From NCBI GenBank assembly GCA_002269645.1, contig NIVC01000825.1:1-64000 (forward strand): a stretch of 64,000 nucleotides of DNA. Direction: 5' to 3'. The stretch's first letter is position 1. The number at the start of each line of letters is the position of its first letter. This DNA comes from Macrostomum lignano (lineage: Eukaryota). Below the pieces are notes generated by a model. That model was not told the DNA's origin and did no database searches. It saw nothing but the letters and a program-made list of their open reading frames with translations. This document shows, piece by piece, positions 51,896-63,384 of the stretch. The position numbers and the translations under genes were made by a program.

Positions 51896-54800
51896 TCAAG
51901 GGTCGTGATAAATATTAGTCAGCATGATGTCGCCGGTGCTGAGTGTCTGGCAGGCCACTGAGACGCCGGCTGCTGCCAAACCACCGCCGGATCGGCAGCG
52001 CTGCCGGCATGACAGGCACAGCCGGCCGGAGCTGCCGACGCTCGGAGTCGACGCAACAGGAGACGACAAGGACGGCGACGGGCCGACCAGCAGGCTGTCC
52101 AGCAGGCGGCAGAGCTCGGCCTCGGCTGCCTGAGCTTCGGCTTCAGCAGACGAAGCCCCCGTGATGCCGCCGACAGCAGCCGACGGAGCGGGGCAGCCGG
52201 CGACGGCGACGGCGAGAGCGGCGAAACGATTGACGCAGCGGCGGCCGCGGCGGACATCCGGTCCACCAGAGGCCGGTCGCACTCCTTCCACACTTTGGTG
52301 GCGCGCCATTTGGCGCGGCTCTCCCGCGGCGCGAGGATGGCGTTGAAGTACACGGGATCGTTCACCTGATGGCCAAGGCGGCAAATGAGACTGTCTCGAT
52401 CTGGTTCCGCACTCCAATTTCATCCGATGCCTTTCTTTCAAGCCCAGGACCTCTAAAACCCGATTTTCGAATCTCACACACATCTAATCCCAAAATCTCC
52501 CCATATTGAATCGAAAAATCTCCCCATATCAAATCCCGAAATATCCCCATATCCAATCCCAAAATCTCCCCATATATTGAATCTAAAAATCTCGACATAT
52601 CAAATCCCAAAATCTCCCCATAGCGAATCCCAAAATCTCCCCATATCGAATCCTAAAATCTCCCCATATCGAATCCTAAAATCTCCCCATATCGAATCCT
52701 AAAATCTCCCCATATCAAATCCTAAAATCTCCCCCTATCGAATCCCAAAATCTTCCCTTTATCGAATCCCAAAATATCCTCATATTGAATAAAAAAATAT
52801 CTCCATATTGACTCCCAAAATCTTGCCAAATCGAGTCCCAGAATACCCCCCGATCGAATCCCAAAATCTCCCCCTATCGAATTCAAAAATATCTCGACAT
52901 CGAATCCCAAAATATCCCCATTTTGAATCCAAAAATCTCCCCATATCGAATCCCAAAATCTCCCCATATCGAATCCCAAAATCTCCCCATATATAATTCC
53001 AAAATCTCCCTATATCGAATCCCAAAATCTCCCCATATATAATTCCAAAATCTCCCCATATTTAGTTCCAAAATCTCCCCATCCACCTCACCTTGAAGTG
53101 CCGCTGCAGGTCCTCCACGTGCTTGAAGATGGACCTATCAAAGAAAACGTGCTCGTGCCGGCCCAAATCAATGATGCCCCACAGTCGTGAGCAGTGGAAC
53201 ACGGTGCCACACCGGTTGCTGAGTGTGCGCGGCGCCTCACCGCCGTTCACTGACTGTGCGGGGGTGGGAGCGGCAGCGGCTGCGGCAGCTGAAGCAGCGG
53301 CGGCGGTGGTGGCCGACTCGCTGATAACGATGCTGAGCCGCTGGCCGCGCCTCACAGCGACCTCGGCGCTGTCGGACACCAATGAGGAGCAGCAGTCGAA
53401 GAACAGCGGCCGCTTGGCAAGGAACTCCTCCAGCTCCATCTGCGTCCAGCCAATCAAGTTGCGGGCCTGCTCGGCCCCGTCTCCAGGCCTGCGGGTTGAG
53501 ATTGGATCGGGGCGACTCTCAGATTGGATGATTGAGATCTGAGATTCTGAGATTAGACAGGGGAGCTTCTGAGATTAGATAAGGGAGCCTCTGAGATCAG
53601 ATAGGGGAGCTTCTGAGATTAGATTGGGGAACCTCTGAGATAAGATAGGAAGAGATTCTGAGATTAGATAGTGTGAGATTCTGAGATTAGATAGTGTGAG
53701 ATTCTGAGATTAGATAGTGTAATAAGAATCTGAGATTAGATAGTGTGAGATTCTGAGCTTAGATAGTGTGAGATTCTGAGGTTTGATTGGGGAACCTCTG
53801 AGATTAGATAGGAGGAGATTCTGAGATTAGATAAGGGAGCCTCTGAGATTAGATAGGGAAGCTCTTGAGATTAGATAGGGGTAGATTCTGAGGTTAGATA
53901 GGGAAGCTTCTGAGATTAAGATAAGGGAGCCTCTGAGATTAGATAGGGAAGCTTCTGAGATTAGATAGGGAAGCTTCTGAGATTAGATAGGGAAGCTTTT
54001 GAGATTAGATAGGGAAGCTTCTGAGATTAGATAGGGAAGCTTTTGAGATTAGATAGGGAAGCTTTTGAGATTAGATAGGGAAGCTTCTGAGATTAGATAG
54101 GGAAGCTTCTGAGATTAGATAGGGAAGCTTCTGAGATTAGATAGGGAAGCTTCTGAAATTAGATAGGGGAGCTTCTGAGATTAGATAGGGGAGCTTTTGA
54201 GATTAGATAGGGAAGCTTCTGAGATTAGATAGGGGAGCTTCTGAGATTAGATAGGACAGACGGAGTGAGATTGGATAGGGGATATTCTGGAAAAAAAGAT
54301 GAGAGTTCACTCACCTGGACAGCACGGTGAACAGTTTAGCCAATGGCATTCGACCGCCCTTTTTAAGCAGCACCTTGCGGACAAACATGACAGCTTTGTA
54401 CTCGGCAGCGGACATGTGTACCTGATGTTGCTGCTGCTGCTGCTGAAATCCGTTAGGAGTAGACGGTAGAGAGCGACCGCTTGAACCGGCGGATATCAGA
54501 TGGTGGTTTTGTTGCTGTTGCTGCTGCTGCTGCTGGCTGCCAAGCGCCAGACTGCCGGGCCTGCGGGCGGAGCTCTGCCGGCCGCCGCCGCTGCCGCCGC
54601 CGCTGCCGCCGCCTCCCCCGCCACCATTTCTAAGCGACACAAGTTCACCTTGCACTTCAAATGCGTGCCGGTGCTTGGCTAAAAATGCGGCCAATTCTAC
54701 AGCCGCCGAGCCGCCGCCGCTGAGGCCGAGAGCGGCGCGAACGTCGGACGGCGCCTGGCCCAGATGGCCGCACAGGCTGCGCACGGGAACCCAGCGCTCC

Positions 54801-56346
54801 CTCTTAGCGGCCAGGCGGGACTGGCAAAAATGTAGACAAAAGAGGGACGTGATCTGAATGACTCAATAGGGGTGAATGACTCATTATGGGGTGGATGACT
54901 CATATTGACAGGCTCATGGCTCATTATGGGGTGGATGGCTCAAATTGACAGGCTCATGGCTCATTATGGGGTAAATGACTCAAATTGACAGGCTCATGGC
55001 TCATTATGGGGTGGATGGCTCAAATTGACAGGCTCATGGCTCATTATAATGGGGTGGATGACTCAAATGGACAAGCTCATGACTCATTATAATGGGGTGG
55101 ATGACTCGAATCGACAGACTCATGACTCATTATGAGGTAAATGACTCAAATTGACAGGCTCATGACTCATTATGAGGTGGATGACTCAATTGACAGGCTC
55201 ATTACTCATTATGGGATGGATGACTCGAATTGACAGGCTTATGACTCATAATGGGGTGGATGACTCAAATTGACTGGCTCATGACTCATTATCGGGTGGA
55301 TGACTCAAATTGACAAGCTCATGACTCATAATGGGTAGATGACTCAAATTGACAGGCTCATGACTCATAATGGGTGGATGACTCAAATTGAGAGGCCTCA
55401 TAACTCATTATGGGGTGGATGACTCAAATTGACAGGCTCATGACTCATTATGGGTGGATGACTCAAATTGAGAGGCCTCATAACTCATTATGGGGTGGAT
55501 GACTCAAATTGACAGGCTCATGACTCATTATGGGTGGATGACTCAAATTGAGAGGCCTCATAAGTCATTATGGGGTGGATGACTCAAATTGAAGGCTCAT
55601 GACTCATTATGGTGTGGATGACTCAAATTGACAGGCTCATGACTCATTATGGGTGGATGACTCAAATTGACAGGCTCGATTCTCACTCCCTTCCTGCTCC
55701 TTCAGTGACAGTCGCTGCCCGTCTGCTCCTTCAGTGACAGTCCCTGCTTTCCTGCTCCTTCAGTGACAGTCGCTGCCCGTCTGCTCCTTCAGTGACAGTC
55801 GCTGCCCGTCTGCTCCTTCAGTGACAGTCCCTGCTTTCCTGCTCCTTCAGTGACAATAACTACCCTCCTGTACCTACTCAGAGACAGGACTCGTACCTGT
55901 AGGAATCGCACCGCTCCGAGGTCCCGCTCCAGATCTGCCGTAGCTGCTTCAGCAACTGACGATGTAGCAGAATTTGAATTAGCGGCAGAGGCGGCGGCTG
56001 CAGCGGCAGCAACGGCGGCAACAGACGCCGACTTGCCAGTCGGTCCAACAGCGCGGACGCGGTCCCCAACGACGCGAAACAGCGCCGGATAGCGGCGCAG
56101 GAAAGCCCGAAGTCCAGCTGGCCCGCCGACGGCGTTGCGCATCTCGACGTCGAAATGTCGGCTGTGGAAGTGGGCGGCCAGACTGGACAGGCGCACGCCG
56201 GAGCCGTCGTCGCCACCACCGCCGCTGTCAGACGAGGCGTCGGCACTGCCGCCGACAGTCGTCGAGTCGCCGTTATCCTCAGAGTCAGTGCAGTTGAGTA
56301 GAATTTCCAAGAAATAGAGCATGGCTTTGTGCGCGGGATCTGACAT
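51896..56346 (-). CDS. Egalitarian-like winged-helix (LOTUS-like) protein with no exonuclease domain; exons 56346-55897, 54820-54315, 53488-53092, 52365-51919/51896
   Basis: MLYFLEILL...LAAHFHSRHFDVEMRNAVGG-PAGLRAFLRRYPALFRVVGDRV and VPVRSLCGHLGQAPSDVR...LAAFLAKHRHAFEV match the first two N-terminal repeats of Egalitarian as I recall them. Introns are GT-AG with phases 0,2,0. The 3' frame is uncertain. Confidence 0.8.
52480..53085. repeat. 23-bp minisatellite (aaaatctccccatatcgaatccc)n, intron 3 of the Egl-like gene
   Basis: Direct units. Confidence 0.92.
53540..54255. repeat. 22-bp minisatellite (ctgagattagatagggaagctt)n, intron 2 of the Egl-like gene
   Basis: Direct units. Confidence 0.92.
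54860..55676. repeat. ~40-bp minisatellite (gactcattatggggtggatgactcaaattgacaggctcat)n, intron 1 of the Egl-like gene
   Basis: Direct units. Confidence 0.92.
55692..55856. repeat. 29-bp minisatellite (ctgctccttcagtgacagtc core), intron 1 of the Egl-like gene
   Basis: About 5-6 direct units. Confidence 0.9.
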
Positions 56347-57679
56347 GACTGCCTCTGGTGTCTTCCAAGTAAACTTTTAACTTTAATAAGTTGGCCTATG
56401 AGTTCTAAGTGTTTTCTTACTGCAAAACTTCGAATTTATTCCTTCGAAAAGAGCTAACTGTAGCGAAGTGAAAATCTAGTTAAAGAAAAAAAAAAGGTTT
56501 TAAAACACCAGAAATGGGTTGGAGCCTTTCTGCTGTTTTATAATATTAAAAGTTGGTACAAAAAGAGAAAATATTGTTTGAAACAAAAGTGGCAAAAAGG
56601 ATGAGAAAAGGAGAAAGTCGAAAGACAAGATTGCCACAAGGGCTCAGCTTGTCAGAAATTTAGAGGTGGTTATTAAATATTATTAGTAAATTTTTAACTG
56701 TCTCATTATATTACTAGAAGTAGCAAATGGCTTTCTAAGAATTTAAGAAAACCACATTGAACTTTTTTCATATTGTTACATATAACATTATCAAATGGCA
56801 GTTTAGTAACACTATATAAGCAATGAAAAATAGGACATAAGCATTATATTGAAAGCAAGTGCTTCTAGAAAAATTCTTTGAGAAAAGCCTCAAGTTAAAT
56901 TACTTTTGTTTATAGCTTTCATACCTAAATTATGAAAAATATTTAGCAGGATTAATTGTTCCATTAAATGAAAGTATATTAAAATCTATGAAAAGTTGAT
57001 TTTGAACATATTGAAAAAAATAAATTATATATTATTTTAGATTTAAATTCAACTTATATATAAGCAGAATTCTTGTCTATCATAAACAAATTTAAATGGC
57101 TTATAATTCTAACTGGCTTTAAACTTGGAATATTCATCTCTGTATCTTTCAGAATTAGATAATAATGACAAAGTCATTAAGCAAGTCAAAATAAATTAAG
57201 AAACAGACCTCGAAAATTGCCACAAAATCAATTGTAGTAAATTGTACTAAATCTAAGACAACTAAATTATTTGATAACAATAACAAAAAATATTTTCAAA
57301 AGCAATAGGGTAAGTTGAGTAGACCTTCATTTTTATATTTCCAACTAAAAATTTATTCTATTTTTTCTAAATCATTAACAAAGAAAATACAGGCACACAA
57401 ATTTCAATAAGCTGGATTAAAGAGACACTATATATATTTTTTTATTTCTCATTTTCATTGCAAGTTTTCACTGTGACTATATGAAATATCCATGTGTTTG
57501 TTTGACCCAGGAAAGAATGCGCAGTAAATCACATAAAAACAGTTTGGATTCTATAATTAATTGTTAATATATTATAATTGTAGTCATGACTTATATCTAG
57601 CTAGACCTACACTAGCTAGTCTATCTTGTAGTAATATTATAATAAGCAAACCTAGTTTTAGTATTATATGGTACAATAT

Positions 57680-58504
57680 CAGGGGTATAGCTAGGAATTT
57701 CCTACAGGGGGCCAAGGGGGATACACCAAGGTGAGTTTTCTACAGGGGGGATACACCAAGGTAAAAGTGCTATGACAGAGTCACATGGTAGCATGTATAG
57801 CAACCAAGGGCAACAAAAAAGTTTTGGTCAGGCTCTTTGGGGGGGATACATCCCCCCTATCCCCCCTCCCTACGCCTGTCTGCTCCAGTGACAGTCTCAT
57901 GACTGAACTAAGTCTCATCACTGAATTAAGTAACACCAAGGTGAGTTTTCTACGGGGGATACACCAAGGTAAAAGTGCTATGACAGAGTCACATGGTAGC
58001 ATGTATAGCAACCAAGGGCAACAAAAAAGTTTTGGTCAGGCTCTTTGGGGGGATACATCCCCCCTATCCCCCTCCCTACGCCTGTCTGCTCCAGTGACAG
58101 TCTCATGACTGAACTAAGTCTCATCACTGAATTAAGTAACACCAAGGTGAGTTTTCTACGGGGGGATACACCAAGGTAAAAGTGCTATGACAGAGTCACA
58201 TGGTAGCATGTATAGCAACCAAGGGCAACAAAAAAGTTTTGGTCAGGCTCTTTGGGGGGATACATCCCCCCTATCCCCCCTCCCTACGCCTGTCTGCTCC
58301 AGTGACAGTCTCATGACTGAACTAAGTCTCATCACTGAATTAAGTAACACCAAGGTGAATTTTCTACGGGGGGATACACCAAGGTAAAAGTGCTATGACA
58401 GAGTCACATGGTAGCATGTATAGCAACAAAGGGCAACAAAAAAGTTTTGGTCAGGCTCTTCGGGCGGGATACATCCCCCCTATCCCCTCCTCCCTACGCC
58501 CCTG
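57680..58504. mobile_element. CAGGGGCGTAG-type MITE with an internal ~207-bp tandem amplification
   Basis: The left end is CAGGGGTATAGCTA and the right-end reverse complement is CAGGGGCGTAGGGA. Flanks tacaatat and tcaatat could be an 8-bp TSD with a 1-nt deletion. Internal units start at about 57724, 57934, 58140 and 58348. Confidence 0.7.
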
Positions 58505-59175
58505 TCAATATAGCTACGTGCCATTGACATGAGCCATACACATCAATTTTGATAACTGAAGATTGACTTTCATTCGCTGGAAAATACCCTATAGCGGCCG
58601 GGCTGGCCGCTCAGCGTCCAGCTACTATTTTGAAGAATTTGAAAGTGTTCCGAATTGCATTTACGCGGTTATTTACTTTACAATCGTGACATAAATTCCG
58701 TATGAATTCAATAGTCCAAGGTCCTCCGGAAATGGACGGGCGTTAAAAGGTGAAAGTGATATCACCAATTTTAAATAAACTTAGCTACTCCGATGCGATC
58801 GCTACGGTCCCTTACTCTTCACAATAAGTCGATTTATTTATTACGAGCTAAGTTCGATAATTCGTTACGCTTAATTCACAGTGCAAAAGCTTGCAACGAA
58901 AGGCATGCATGGCTTTTACTAAGAATGAGATTTAAGTCGTCCTTGACTCCGCGACTGTGAGCCCAAGTCCTTGAAGCTTAATTTAGAGCCTAATTTGCTT
59001 GTTTGACGGTACCATTTTCGCTTCTTATTAATCTTCGTTGCAAGCACACTCGTGTTAGCTAACATTTTTATACTTGCCTCCATATATAAGAAGTGTACAT
59101 ACATGTAAGTAAATCTGTAGGCCAGCGCCACTATTTACATGTGTTGTAAAAATAAATTAAAACAAAAGTATTTAC

Positions 59176-59575
59176 CAGGGGTGCATCGCCATGGATTTTA
59201 TGGTGGGGGACAAAGCCAAGAAATCAACATGTTACATGACTAAATTCCTATACATTTCCATTATTTTGAGAGTCGTGTTGTCAGCGCTCATTTTGGCACC
59301 GTAGGTACTCATTTTAGCGCCGCAGGAACTCGATCATTTTAGCGCCGCAGGCACTCATTTTGGTGTCGCAGGCATTCCTTTAAGCGCCGCAGCCACTCAT
59401 TTTAGCACCGTAGGCACTCATTAGGCGCTATATTTTGGCGCCCTGAAAAAATTATTGATTACGAGTCACAAGGTGGGGTGGGGGGGGCACGAAGCATTGG
59501 AATGTCCCCCCATAGCTTTTACTGGGGGGGGAGAGGGACATGCCCCCTGCCCCCCCCCCGATGGCGATGCGCCTG
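59176..59575. mobile_element. 400-bp MITE, hAT-like
   Basis: TIRs are CAGGGGTGCATCGCCAT and ATGGCGATGCGCCTG. There is a perfect 8-bp TSD, GTATTTAC (59168-59175 and 59576-59583). Confidence 0.9.
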
Positions 59576-60164
59576 GTATTTACTTTACTATAAAAACGTA
59601 CGCGTATAGTATTGTACTTGCAAATTACAGCGCCGTCAGTCAGAATAGCGATGAGATAAACAGTTTGTCTGTGTCTGTAACAGTTTTTAGGTAATTAATT
59701 ATAGAGCAATGTTAGAAATTCTTTGGAGCTGTTGTTCACTTGGGCTCAGGTCAAGGACTCTTTCATGTAGCTCGTAAATGCATATACTAGTTTAATGTAA
59801 TATCAAGAAATAAGACAATAACTAGAGTGAAAGTGAACGAATTTATTGAACGATAGAAACAAACAGATTATATTTGGCTGATTATCGATTCGTATAAATT
59901 TTTAATTACGATATTAAAGATCGGCTACCACGAGTACTAAAAATGGTATTAAAGTATTTGAGCAGTTCATTAAAGCACCAAGTACTGCATAAGTACATAT
60001 ACGTGTAATAAAACAGCAATAAGTTTGAGCACAAACCAATTCAAATTGATTTCAAACTTGAGTAAACAAAACAGACAGAAAAGACTTATAAGATAATAAT
60101 TGCATTGTTGATTGCTTGATGTTACACATGTAGTTAAGGCTAGGGAAATGAGAAATCCAGATAG

Positions 60165-61830
60165 AGATTGGGCTTAGTGAATGGGGGAATTCAGATAGAT
60201 ATTGGGCTTAGTGAATGGGGGAATTCAGATAGATATTGGGCTTAGTGAATGGGGGAATTCAGATAGATATTGGGCTTAGTGAATGGGGGAATTCAGATGG
60301 ACATTGGGCTAAGTAAATGGGGGAATTCAGATAGACATTGGGGTTAGTGAATTCACTAAGAGGACATTGGGCTTAGCGAATGGGGGAATTCAGATAGACG
60401 TTGGGCTTTGTGAATGGGGGAATTCAGATGGACATTGGGCATGGTGAATAATGGGTTGGGGAATTCAAATGGACATTGGGCATGTTGAAATGGGGGAATT
60501 CAGATGGACATTGGGCTTAGTGAATGGGGGTAGAGAAATTCAGAATCAGATGGACATTGCGCATGGTAAATAACAGGTGGGGGAATTCAGATGGACATTG
60601 GGCATGGTCATACATGTGCAACAGTCGGCCGAGTCGGCCAATCTGGCCGACCAATTTGGCGGCCAACCAAGGAAGTCGCAAAAATGCCCACCCAAAAAAC
60701 GCCAAAGTAGTAGTACTAAATAGCTGACGAGGCATTTCGGCTTAATAAGTCAGTCATAGTTACTCCTGCCTTTTACCCGAAGTTGCATTAATTTTGCTTT
60801 AGGGTTTTTTTACATGTAAGTTGCATTTTTGGCCAAAAACTATGTCGCATTTTTGTTAAAACTAAGTCGCATGGCCGACCAAATTTTGGAGGTTGAGCAT
60901 GTATGGGCATGGTGAATAACAGGTGGGGGAATTCAGATGGACATTGGGCATGGTAAATAACAGGTAAGGAATTCAGATGGACTTAGGCATGGTGAATGGG
61001 GGAATTCAGATGGACATTGGGCTTAGTGAAACGGGGAATTCAGATGGACATTGGGCTTAGTGAAACGGGGAATTCAGATGGACATTGAGCTTAGTGAATA
61101 ATTGGTGGGGGAATTCAGATGGACATGAGGCATGGTGAATAATGGGTTGGGGAATTCAGATGGACATTGGGCATGGTGAAATGGGGGAATTCAGATGGAC
61201 ATTGGGCATGGTGAAATGGGGGAATTCAGATGGACATTGGGCTTAGTGAATGGGGGTAGGGAAATTCAGAATCAGATGGAAATTGCGCATGGTATTAACA
61301 GGTGGGGAATTCAGATGAACATTGGGCATGGTGAATAACAGGTGCGGGGAATTCAGATGGACATTGGGCATGGTAAATAACAGGTGGGGAATTCAGATGG
61401 ACTTAGGCATGGTGAATGGGGGAATTCAGATGGACATTGGGCTTAGTGAATGGGGGTATTCAGATGGACATTGGGCTTAGTGAAAAATTGGTGGAGGAAT
61501 TCAGATGGACATTGGGCTTAGTGAATAATTGGTGGAGGAATTCAGATGGACATTGGGCTTAGTGAATAATTGGTGGAGGAATTCAGATGGACATTGGGCT
61601 TAGTGAATAATTGGTGGAGGAATTCAGATGGACATTGGGCTTAGTGAATAATTGGTGGAGGAATTCAGATGGACATTGGGCTTAGTGAATAATTGGTGGA
61701 GGAATTCAGATGGACATTGGGCTTAGTGAATAATTGGTGGAGGAATTCAGATGGACATTGGGCTTAGTTAGTGAATAATTGGTGGAGGAATTCAGATGGA
61801 CATTGGGCATGGTGAATGGGGGGAATTCAG
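60165..61830. repeat. ~33-39-bp minisatellite (ggggaattcagatggacattgggcttagtgaat)n
   Basis: Direct units, interrupted by a MITE. Confidence 0.92.
60609..60905. mobile_element. 297-bp MITE with CAT termini (P- or hAT-superfamily) inserted into a minisatellite
   Basis: TIRs are CATACATGTGCAAC and GTTGAGCATGTATG (12/14). There is a perfect 8-bp TSD, GGCATGGT (60601-60608 and 60906-60913). Confidence 0.9.
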
Positions 61831-61947
61831 CGACACAAGGATAATTGAGAGACACTGGGAATTCTAGCTAGGATAACTTTTATAAGAACTGAGCAGCCCC
61901 GTACACACAGTGACTCACTATCAGTACACGAGCGCTGACGATTGACA

Positions 61948-63384
61948 TCACACAGCCAACAGTCCGCTCTCATCGCCTGCAATGCCATAGACATTGTTGG
62001 TGCATCGCATTTTGCAAGTTGAAGGCTCGTCGCCGCCGCGGCCGCCTCCCTTTGGTAGCTTGCAGCCGACACGGCCGCCGCCGTCGCCGCCACTGCCGCA
62101 GTCGGCGGCCGACACTTTGTCGGTGAGGTCGGAGAATTCGCAGCCTCTGGTCAGATCGCGGCCGCGGTGCTGGCAACGCCATCTCTGGTAGAGCAGCCGG
62201 ACCACCTCAGTAGTGATGATCTTGTCGGAGCCTTCGCTCAGAATCAGCACGAGAAACACGCCGTCGTGACGTAGAAACTTGGATACGAAGGATTTAACAG
62301 AAGAACGGTCAGCTTGCAGGCTGGGATCGGACAGGTGCAAGAAGCGCTTGACAAATTGCACTTGATTGCAAGTGCACAGCAGTCGGAATAGCCACACGCC
62401 AATGCTGATTAGCGTGACAAAAGTCAGCATTAGGAACCAGAAAAACAAAACTATATAGATCTTTTCGTTGAGAATGTTAACTGGCAGGGTGCACTGTCCG
62501 ATATAGGCGTTAGTAGCTCCGGGATCCAGTCGGAGGCGGATATAGCACAGGGTGTGCAGCGGGAATAGCATAGTGGATTGCCAGAGTCCGCGAGCGCTAA
62601 CTGTGTGCTGCAACATGGCGGAGCCGTAGGCCTGCAAGCCCAGCTGTTGGAAGCCGAGAAAGGCGGACATGAACATTAGCTGGCCCATCGCGTTGGCAAG
62701 GCACAGCAGCTTAACCAACATGTACAGCAGAGTCAGCATAGTGCCCATTCGCTTACTGGGCACTAGAAAATTGCACCGATTATACAGAGCAGACTTCATC
62801 CGTTGCAGTCGGCCATTCCGGAACTCTCGATTATAAACTAGCATTCGTTCGATAACGTCTGCAATACGAGACGCCTGCTCACGGAAGTCATTGTCAGTGC
62901 TGGTCTTAGCCTCGGCTGCTAGGCTAACAAGACTATAGATGTCTGATCCGAAACGCCGGCTGCAAATCATCTGCCAGATTAATTTTGGTAGATAAGTGAC
63001 AATGCACTGCAGTAGCAGAGCGAAAGGTACCCACTGGTAATAAGTGAGGAGCTGGTTAGAAATAGTATGATCCCAGTAGTATTCTTGTTCTTCAGAACTC
63101 CTGTATCCAGTGAGTTTTACTATAGCATCCTTCGAGTAGACATACGTCCCGTGAGCCCAGCAGTAGCTTTCGGCAAAATCTATAAAATTAGACGGATGAT
63201 GCTGCGGATTACCGGAGAATATGCAGTGCATAGGCCGGCCAATAAATTCCTTGCCGAAAACGACTAGGCTGAACAAGATTAGAAGCATTGGAGTCCACAC
63301 GAAATTTAGGCGGTCAGTGGTGTCCTCAGCTCCAGGCTTTGTGGCCTTTCGAAGGCTTCGTAAATATTCGATTAAACTGCTCAT
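61948..63384 (-). CDS. inx: Innexin (gap-junction protein), intronless, 478 aa
   Basis: DTTDRLN, KEFIGRPMHC, AESYCW, the YYQWVPF signature, YLPKLIW, FPLHTLC, CTLPVNILNEKIYIVLFFWF and FLRHDGVFLV are present. There are four TM segments and two Cys per extracellular loop. Confidence 0.97.
   Translation of the reverse strand: MSSLIEYLRSLRKATKPGAEDTTDRLNFVWTPMLLILFSLVVFGKEFIGRPMHCIFSGNPQHHPSNFIDFAESYCWAHGTYVYSKDAIVKLTGYRSSEEQEYYWDHTISNQLLTYYQWVPFALLLQCIVTYLPKLIWQMICSRRFGSDIYSLVSLAAEAKTSTDNDFREQASRIADVIERMLVYNREFRNGRLQRMKSALYNRCNFLVPSKRMGTMLTLLYMLVKLLCLANAMGQLMFMSAFLGFQQLGLQAYGSAMLQHTVSARGLWQSTMLFPLHTLCYIRLRLDPGATNAYIGQCTLPVNILNEKIYIVLFFWFLMLTFVTLISIGVWLFRLLCTCNQVQFVKRFLHLSDPSLQADRSSVKSFVSKFLRHDGVFLVLILSEGSDKIITTEVVRLLYQRWRCQHRGRDLTRGCEFSDLTDKVSAADCGSGGDGGGRVGCKLPKGGGRGGDEPSTCKMRCTNNVYGIAGDESGLLAV

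Noticed and set aside
60721-60750. CTGACGAG hammerhead-like core (also CTGATGA at ~12155 and ~13678)
   Set aside because: No stem II followed by GAAA and no stems I/III could be formed.
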